This document shows, piece after piece, positions 60,470-64,000 of a stretch of DNA of 64,000 nucleotides (position 1 is the stretch's first letter; every line of letters starts with the position of its first letter). The stretch lies in contig NC_086097.1 in the NCBI RefSeq assembly GCF_963921235.1, positions 95,544,001 to 95,608,000 of the forward strand, read 5' to 3'. Under the pieces are notes generated by a model that saw nothing but the letters and a program-made list of their open reading frames with translations, did no database searches and had not been told where the DNA came from. A program made the translations under genes and the position numbers. The DNA comes from Mobula hypostoma. Its lineage: Eukaryota.

Positions 60470-60635
60470 AGATCCACCTATCACCTTCTGGTCTGTACTC
60501 CTTCTCCTCCCCCCCCCCCACTTCTTCTGGCATCTTCCCCCTTCCTTTCCAGTCCTGATAAAGGGTCTCAGCTTGAAACGTCGACTGCTTATTAATTTCC
60601 ATAGATGCTGCCTGACCTGCTGTGTTCACCAGCGC
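60470..60635 (+). mobile_element. Penelope pLTR fragment with mutated hammerhead (60551-60586)
   Basis: AGTC CTGATAA AGGGTCTCAGCTT GAAAC GTC GACT. Confidence 0.7.
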
Positions 60636-60779
60636 ATGGTTCTCTGAAAGCAGTGTCACAGTTAGACAGGGTGGCGAAAAGGTGTTTAGCATTGCTGCCT
60701 TCATTAGACCGGACACTGACTGTCAGAGTTGGGGCATTATGCATTCCAGTCCTCTTGAAATGAATGCTAACATTGCATT

Positions 60780-63350
60780 TGGGTACCATACCACTGATTC
60801 AACCTGCAAGTTAACCTTCAAGGGGTACTGCGCAGGACTTCCAAATCCCTTTGCACCTTGGGATTTTGAATTTTCTCCCCATTTAGAAAACAGTCTATGC
60901 TTTTATTCCTTCTATTAAAATGCATGACCATACACTTCCAGGCATTGTATTCCATCTACCACCTTTTTGCCCATTATCCTAATCTGTCTAAGTCCTTCTG
61001 TAGCCTCTCTGCTTCCTCATCAATTCCTGCCCCTCCACTGATCTTCATATCATCCACAAACTTTGCCACAATGACATCAGTTTCATCATCCAAATCGTTG
61101 ACATACAGCGTAAAAATCAGAGCTTCCAACCCCCACCCCTGTGGAACACCACTAGTCACTGGCAACCAATCTGAAAAGGATCCCTCTATTCCCACTCTTT
61201 GTCTTCTACCAATCAGCCAATGCTCTATCCATGCTAGTATCTTTCCTATAATAATATGGGTACTTATCTTACTAAGCAGCCACTTATGCAGCACCTAGCC
61301 AAAGGCCTTCTGAAAATCCAAGTACACAACATCCACCGATTCTCCTCTGTCTATCCTGCTTATTATTTCTTCAAAGAATTCCAACAGGTTTGTCCGTCAA
61401 GATTTTCCTTTAAGGAAACCGTGCTGACTTAGGCCTATCTTGTCACGTGCCTCCAACTACCCCAAAACCACTTCCTTAACAATTTACTTCCAACACCTTC
61501 CCAACCACTGAGGTCAGGCCAACTGGGCTATAATTTCATTTCTTTTGGCTCTTTCCCTCCTTGAAGAGTGGAATGGCGTTTGCAACTTTCCAGTCCTCCA
61601 GAACCATGCCAGAATCTCTTGATTCTTGAAAGATCATTACTAATGCCTCCACAATCTCTTCAGCTACCTCTGTTAGAACCCCAGAGTGTGGTCCATCAGG
61701 TCCAAATGACTTATCTACCTTCAGACCTTTCAGATTCCCAAGCAGTTCAGTTTCAGTTTCCCTGTTGGTTTTTAAAAGCTTCCCAGTCCTTTAACTTGTC
61801 ACTAATTTTGTTCTATTATATGCCCTCTCTTTTGCTTTTATGTTGGCTTTGACTTTCCTTGTCAGTCATGGTTGTATCATCCTGCCTTTAGAATATTTCC
61901 TTTTCTTTAGGATTTATCTATCAAGTGCCTTCCGAATTGCACCCAGAAACTCCAGCTGTTGCTACTCTGCCATCGTCCCTGCTAGTGACCCCATTCTATT
62001 AATTCTGTCATATTACTGTAACTGCTTCACTGGGCTCGTATGCAAACTTGGATCATTAGCGGGCTCCACTAACAGCTACGTGACTTAACAGTGAGAAGGC
62101 CACCTTTCACAATCAATACACGTCTAGGATCGGAATGATCTGGGATTCAATCAAATGGGAACGCGTGATGTTCCTATTAAAGAAACCTCGATTTGAATGA
62201 ATACTGTGTAAATACTGCCCTTAGGCAATTATAGGCCGCTAAGAAATGACAGATTGTACACCACATAAAATTATAGAGAGTGTATTTACAAGTTTTTCTA
62301 CTATATCAAACAGTTAACAGGAAAAGAAAATAAACATAAAAGGGCCCATTACAGTTAAACCAGTCCAATGTGCACATAAAGTTAGAGCTCATCTTGAAGT
62401 TGTCTTTACTCTCGTGCTGGACCCACGGTCTACGTGGAAGCACACACCACATTCCGAACTTCGCTCGAAGCCTGTCTCGAACGGATTGGCTCTCTCAGGA
62501 GTATTAGCCTTTCCTCCTTGGAGCCATTCATCTGCACAAAGCACTTGGTGCAATGGGGACTTGCCTTCCAACGGCATTCTGGGGCACCTTCCCTCCTCCA
62601 CAGCTCGCGCCAAGAGCCCTACTGTCTTTCAGAAACCTTAGCCTCCGTAGTATCCAGGACATCTTCAAGGAGCAGTGCCTCAAAAAGGTGGCATTCATTA
62701 TAACAGACCCCCATCACACAGGTCATGCCCTGTCCTCATTGCTTCTATCAGGAAAGAGCTACAGAAGCCTAAATGTACACACTCCACTTTTTAGAACAGC
62801 TTCTTCCCCTCTGCCGTCTGATTTCTTAATGGACATTAAACCCATGAACACTACTTCACTAATTTTTTATCTTTACTTTTGCACTACTTATTTAACTATT
62901 TAATATATGTATGCTTATTCAAGTCATTTTTTTCTATAATTATGTACTGCAATATACTGTACCGTTGCCGCAAAACAACAAATTTCACGACATATGCCAG
63001 TGATATTAAACCTGATTCTGATTCTCATCCTCAGATTCTCTTTTGGGATCCAGCAATAACTTGATTTTCCCAATTTATCCGCATGTTGAAATCTCCCATG
63101 ACTAATGTAACAATGCCTTTTTGACATGCTTTTTCTGTCTCCCTCTGTAATTTGTAGACCACATCCTGGCTCCTGTTCAGGGGACTATAAGTAATTCCCA
63201 TCAGGGTCTTCTTACCCTTCCAGTTTCTTAACTCTACCCTCAAGCAGCTCTGCCATCATCCCTGCTAGTGTCCCCTTCCAATCAACTTTTGCCAGCTCCT
63301 CTCTCATGCCTCTGTAATTCCCTTTACTCCACTGTAGTACTGATACATCT
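60780..63350 (-). mobile_element. CR1 ORF2 fragments interrupted by an LTR-like element (62018-62640) and a plus-strand Rex1/Babar 3' end (62640-63025)
   Basis: SGVPQG, KFVDDMK (60974-61294); endonuclease motif VMGDFN (63031-63243); (GATTCT)n tail at 63014. Confidence 0.75.
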
Positions 63351-64000
63351 GATGTAATGTTACCTGACCCATAGTTACACCTCCTGTCTCAGACTAAACG
63401 TTTAGTTCTTAACCTGAGGTGTGAAACTTCTACCAGAAATAAAATTTCCACATTGTTTCTTCCCCCTCTGAGGCACTGAAATATCTGCAGCTCTGACTAC
63501 ACCTTATCAAATGGGATTCCAAATCACTTGAAATGCAAACATTTTCTGCTTCTGAGATCCGCGTATGTCGATGCTAGTTCCATCTTAATTTCCTTTACTT
63601 ATTTATATGTTTTAATTTTTCAGGTTTTGAAAAATTCACATTAAAACTTCGGTTCATAGCTTTGTTAAATTGCTTCAGTCTTTTGATTTCGTCTGCCCCT
63701 GTTTAATTGTTTTAAGATCTCAGATTGCTGTACCATTGTCCTACTGGTTTTCTGGGCTAATGAACTTAATTTCAGAATTCTGTAAACACGCTGCCATTTA
63801 TTGCTGGCAATTTGGAGTTTTGGGAACAAATGTTCCTGATGAATTTACGAAAGTGTCTTTATATCACATAAAAATTCTATGCTTCATGATTTTTCCTCCC
63901 ACTGAGCTTGAAGCTAATTTTCTCATTGCTTCTGTATGGTTCTTGTAATGTGTATCTCATCAACCAGTGAATGATACTTGCCTCTGGGTTGCCATGATGA

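Noticed and set aside
20500..64000. Assigning ZFYVE26 or TMEM229B to the neighbouring gene-like segments
   Set aside because: No recognisable coding match was found; mammalian synteny alone is not evidence.

Overview
Repeat-rich vertebrate DNA. The repeat inventory (Penelope-like, CR1, Rex1/Babar, R4/Dong, Tx1, L2, RTE, V-type SINEs) resembles a cartilaginous fish, probably a ray; this is inference. The only confidently identified host gene is RAD51B on the minus strand. Coding exons 2-6 and part of exon 7 lie at 19124 down to 1, with canonical splice sites, consistent phases and Walker A/B motifs. Its promoter is a CpG-rich, CCAAT-rich, probably bidirectional region at about 20.2-20.9 kb. 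The rest is mostly nested, decayed transposons. The most notable signals are: (1) Penelope-like elements and their short inverted derivatives, which carry minimal hammerhead ribozyme motifs, some with intact cores and one in sense within a RAD51B intron; (2) a Tx1 3' end that places a sense AATAAA just behind RAD51B exon 2; (3) a bipartite RTE-derived element; (4) module-swapping tRNA SINEs; (5) a hAT MITE embedded in a Tigger element; (6) a cluster of R4/Dong elements at TAA-rich sites; (7) two unassigned gene-like segments, a TATA-type first exon at 37.1 kb and a minus-strand terminal exon with 3' UTR at 56.6-59.3 kb. No database searches were run. Boundaries of decayed repeats are approximate.
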